A DNA stretch of 49,275 bases from Candidatus Woesearchaeota archaeon (GTDB taxonomy: Archaea; Nanobdellota; Nanobdellia; Woesearchaeales; GW2011-AR4): NCBI GenBank assembly GCA_018303505.1, contig JAGVYA010000021.1, forward strand, positions 1 to 49,275, given 5' to 3'. Made by a program: the position numbers and the translations under genes. Under the pieces are notes generated by a model. That model was not told the origin of the DNA. It made no database searches and saw only the letters and a program-made list of their open reading frames with translations. Shown here one piece after another: positions 46,801 through 49,275 of this stretch. Positions within the stretch are counted from its first letter, which is position 1; every line of letters begins with the position of its first letter.

Positions 46801-47264
46801 GTGAATCCCTCTGTCGGCTTTGCCTTTGCAATGCCGCTTATGATTTTTCTTGAGCTGACAAGCGCTCTTTTAACAGGGATATTCCTTGAATAAATCTCTT
46901 CACCATTGATTAATACGCTAACTCCATAACTGCTTGGTATAATGTCATCAGTAAGATTTTTTGTAAGATTATATGACAAATTCAATTTCTCTTCAGTGTT
47001 TTCAGCCCAGAAATCTCCAATCTGCTCAATAATGGTATTATCTGTATTTGTTATTTCCCCATTTGCAATCAACGTCTTCACATAATCATTTTTCACATCA
47101 CCAACAGTCAAAGTGGAAAAAACCCTCACTAAATCCTGAGAAGCATAGTTAACATTGACTTGCTGCTGCTCCTGAGAATAAAAATTAGAAACAAGCAGAA
47201 CTGCAATTATTATAATGCCTGATGCCAGCAAGCTGTCGATTGTAAAAAAAATTGCCTTTTTCAT
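43872..47264 (-). CDS. Large pilus-associated adhesin with von Willebrand A domain
   Basis: KKA/IFFTIDS class III-like signal, MIDAS DRTGS, T....GI, VMSDG, IYAIAFG; Cys-rich. Confidence 0.82.
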   Translation of the reverse strand: MKKAIFFTIDSLLASGIIIIAVLLVSNFYSQEQQQVNVNYASQDLVRVFSTLTVGDVKNDYVKTLIANGEITNTDNTIIEQIGDFWAENTEEKLNLSYNLTKNLTDDIIPSSYGVSVLINGEEIYSRNIPVKRALVSSRKIISGIAKAKPTEGFTARVLLNGIKSKKTNAYVYFGGYEGDGNLTKKLVLPNDVISFNSSYLEVDSGGNFDLYINGFFSGSYVKGSSGGGNMLADKWNISNAYLVNFKPGENNITINFASENNYIAGGFLRATYTTSSYNDTQTHGYEKYLFPGIEGVINLYSSIYAPNEPSNMNISLHFLSQYQIYLTIGNTTVFESNSSLGEQTILLNNSNISGMLNYNLLGKKTIPIRMGLRNVSYILGGSNSDAALITDRTGSMNACDVNVNCTAGICDSNPTGGCHDRRDNVAIKSNKKFIDTILATQGNQVALVGYGSETDPVCDFHDFSIDNASLKYRVSNYSNEFCDYTCISCGIASATELLTEEEKLHGFNETSAINETRFSIGDATSLYSVTEKFNVTINPNKLIKSRLTVLGKSVETENNYQQCIYFNGIYLGRMCEPLGDPGWHTCSYPLKPKWFVGNVANVTITAGTTNGCFATSGTNDNWDFKDVKISVWQTQSSAPGIEFNTASSEVQIGDSPFQQIATVNLNINVDKSKTKAVSLEFEAIDVSPNYFDCVYVNGNYIGRVDYQEWNNTNVWQKVLIDVPTAWMKNGMNEINFTSGTTSGCKRTSGDNDEWRFRNVNLSVVWSDDGYSYAKSKSMVVMSDGEANTKIGDCSGCDSAGARAETIAKACEANDLYGIKIYAIAFGNVGATAINTLNQTACCDDCSHFYTSNNEDELLSIYTQIAQSVVNITFEAQYINITSGNIQKTRLYPDSYIEFNYSAPDIQFNKVPLSFETDRFGNNISTGTLTIYANTSVSDAKVTSYSGSKWTDKLVVNGNTVYRLSDYGSDYQILGDPFAVNIPVGNINEGSNSITISTGVNSTAPTNGSSDDRAIYTLLLSGFADYSSVVAKSDGCSWTVSFEDGTFSTIKVPSTYSGADTCSYTSASKTYDANDALDNAVFQLFSNLDIDKNGKLNVNIDESNLNVNTLTISKVPSLWGPAIIEIRVWE

Positions 47265-47412
47265 TATTTTGGTTTTAGTTATGTTTATTTTATTGTAATC
47301 GTGATTGATTTTGTTATTTTTTGTTATCTCCCTTAACGCAATATTTTTCTTTTACCATAAATTTTTTCAACAAACATCACAAACGGTTCACTTTCTTCAT
47401 GTTTGCTTCTAA

Positions 47413-47465
47413 ATGTTGGAAATCGGAGATTTCCGAGCATGATCGGAAATGCGAAGCATTTACCG
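47413..47465. repeat. Twin triloop hairpins
   Basis: ggaaatc-gga-gatttcc and cggaaatgc-gaa-gcatttaccg. Confidence 0.7.
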
Positions 47466-47596
47466 ACAAGTCATTGCTGATTTTTGAATTTTTTATTTAT
47501 TGAAATTTTTGATGTATAATCCTCATTATTGTTTCAAATTGCGGATATTTTTGAATATTTATTTTATTTATTGTGTTTTTGTTGTTGATTCTATTT

Positions 47597-47692
47597 CCCG
47601 AGAAATTTTATTAAAATTTCTGGGCACAGGAAATCGGTGAGATGCGAGTGAGCTCATTGCGAACTCGCTCACAACTGTCCGATTTCCTCGTG
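47597..47692. repeat. Hairpin pair with palindromic element copy C inserted in one loop
   Basis: agaaatttt-att-aaaatttct; aggaaatc[ggtgagatgcgagtgagc-tcattgc-gaactcgctcacaact]gtccgatttcct. Confidence 0.75.
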
Positions 47693-47717
47693 TATTGAAT
47701 TATTATTATTTTTTATT

Positions 47718-48010
47718 TTTAAACATCAAAATTCCACTTATGTTTCATAAGTGGTTCAAGTATAGCTAAACATAACATGGAATTTGGATGTCAGGAAAAT
47801 GCAATGCATTTTCAGGATCTCGAAAATCTATGATTTTCGCGATGCTCGAAAACCACCACAAATAAGTGGAATTTTGTAGCCATGAAAATTCAAGGAATTT
47901 TCAGGGTTTCGAAAATCGTGGATTTTCGCAATGTCCAAAACCACTGAATGTGTTAGTAACCATAAGTAACCATAATCATGCCACCAATCTATGATTGGTG
48001 GTTTTTGACA
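47718..48010. repeat. ~285-bp multi-hairpin dispersed element, copy 2
   Basis: Near-identical to 14464..14744, with an extra 10-bp tandem duplication agtaaccata. Confidence 0.9.
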
Positions 48011-48020
48011 ACTTAATTTA

Positions 48021-49275
48021 TTATTGCCATAAATAAATTATCATTCTGACAATTTTTGAATTGTAAGTCAAGTAGCGCTCAGTCTTCACAAGCTTATTTT
48101 TGCTTATGCCTGTAACATTAATAGGATTGCATGTGCCTTCTATAAAACTTAATGAAAGATCTTCTACTACTTTTATGAAATCTCCATTGAAAATTGGAAC
48201 ATCAAAGTCGCTAAAGAAATAGACAGTGCCATTGCCGTATTGCCACTTAGCAATTGCATAATCTTCAGGAGTTTTATTAAAAGAGGCGATAATTTTGAAG
48301 TTAACCGCTGGAAACGGGTTGTAGTCATCATCGTTAGGGTCAGTTTCAATAGGAAGTACTGTATTATTAGTTACAAAGTAATATTGTATAAATGTGATAG
48401 CATCTCCAACGTTTAACGCTAAGTATTGGTCGCTGTTATTAACTATTGCTGCTCTTTCTGGCTCTGATTGCCCTGTTTTTTTCCAGAATCGAATTCCATT
48501 TAAATCTGGTCCCGAGCCTGATGTTGTTAGTTCTCCGCTTATGATTATGTACCCTCCTCTAGCGGTATAGTTGTTAAGCTCTCTATAATATTTATTGTAA
48601 TCTCCGCCACTTAATAATGGATGTTCGATCACTACTAAACTGTACTTGCTCAAGTTGCTCATTAAGCCATCTAAGCCATATATGTCATTATTCTGGTCAT
48701 CAAAATAAATATCCGCTTTAAATACATTATTCATAAAATCTTTCAAGAATGAATCTGCTGGATCTTGGTAATAATAAGCGCTTTTGATATTGTAGCTGAC
48801 ATTTACAGAAGGGTATCCTATGGCGCATACGCCGTTAATGTTGATAATCTCTCCTTTCTCATTTACAAAAAATACAACATAATCATACACAGTTCCAAAT
48901 TTTTTTTTTGTGATGGTATAGTTAAGCTGCTTGAAGGATTTTACTTTTGTCGCATTTACTTTTTGCTCATCAGCAATTCCTATTCTTATTACTGTTGTAT
49001 TGTCCCAGTTTGCGGGATAGCCGCTTAAAGTCAATGAAGAGGACATTGCCTTTGCATCTGTAAGCAAAGTATTAAGTTCTCCCTTTTCCTGCTTCTGGAA
49101 ATTGGTTGTATAGCTGAAATAAACAACAAGGGTAAAGGTGAAGAGCAGCAATGCTATTGCAAAGTCCATGTACCAAGCCTGACCTGAACGCGAGCTTGAG
49201 ATGAATGCGAGCGTGCGCATTCTCGCACGCAACTCGAAGCGTTCTCGCAAGCATCTTGCTTTAGTTGATATAGAT
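48021..49275 (-). CDS. Pilin-like accessory protein, 5' end probably outside the window; nested palindromic insertion in the signal peptide
   Basis: Frame is open to the window edge (SISTKA...QAWYMDF plus hydrophobic helix). G.P.NW and IG motifs, and a C-terminal ERYL...IYLW. Confidence 0.75.
   Translation of the reverse strand, partial: SISTKARCLRERFELRARMRTLAFISSSRSGQAWYMDFAIALLLFTFTLVVYFSYTTNFQKQEKGELNTLLTDAKAMSSSLTLSGYPANWDNTTVIRIGIADEQKVNATKVKSFKQLNYTITKKKFGTVYDYVVFFVNEKGEIININGVCAIGYPSVNVSYNIKSAYYYQDPADSFLKDFMNNVFKADIYFDDQNNDIYGLDGLMSNLSKYSLVVIEHPLLSGGDYNKYYRELNNYTARGGYIIISGELTTSGSGPDLNGIRFWKKTGQSEPERAAIVNNSDQYLALNVGDAITFIQYYFVTNNTVLPIETDPNDDDYNPFPAVNFKIIASFNKTPEDYAIAKWQYGNGTVYFFSDFDVPIFNGDFIKVVEDLSLSFIEGTCNPINVTGISKNKLVKTERYLTYNSKIVRMIIYLWQ
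49182..49256 (+). repeat. Nested palindromic elements (copy D: 39-bp outer plus 36-bp inner), in-frame
   Basis: Outer acctgaacgcgagcttg[...]cgaagcgttctcgcaagcatct; inner agatgaatgcgagcgtgcgcattctcgcacgcaact (49199-49234). Confidence 0.8.

Noticed and set aside
47321-47503. 60-aa ORF in the pilus intergenic region
   Set aside because: Opposite to operon direction, overlaps hairpin repeats and has no coding signature.

Overview
AT-rich archaeal window, most likely DPANN/Woesearchaeota-like. This is inferred from BRE/TATA promoters, GAGGTG ribosome-binding sites, AglB, class III signal peptides, a PGF-pre-PGF protein and an intron-containing tRNA. 1-22.8 kb is a surface-glycosylation cluster: GT-C and YfhO-type membrane proteins, GT2s, WecB, a bacterial-type heptose pathway (gmhA, hldE-type kinase, gmhB, adenylyltransferase, GT9), aglB and a geranylgeranyl reductase. 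23-35.7 kb holds membrane-anchored surface proteins, tRNA-Trp, a VapBC pair and a 1727-aa glycoprotein. 36-49 kb is a type IV pilus locus interrupted by a toxin-antitoxin pair. Main observations: (1) a 1028-bp LAGLIDADG endonuclease element inserted just before the catalytic DxD codons of gmhB, which strands the original N-terminus and supplies a synonymously recoded replacement; (2) a family of 36-41 bp covarying palindromic elements that nest inside each other and sit in-frame in two genes, once exactly at a prepilin cleavage site; (3) a ~285-bp multi-hairpin element present twice, plus other triloop-hairpin elements; (4) a tRNA-Trp with two putative BHB-type introns; (5) two apparent internal gene deletions. 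All calls come from reading the sequence by eye; no database searches were run.
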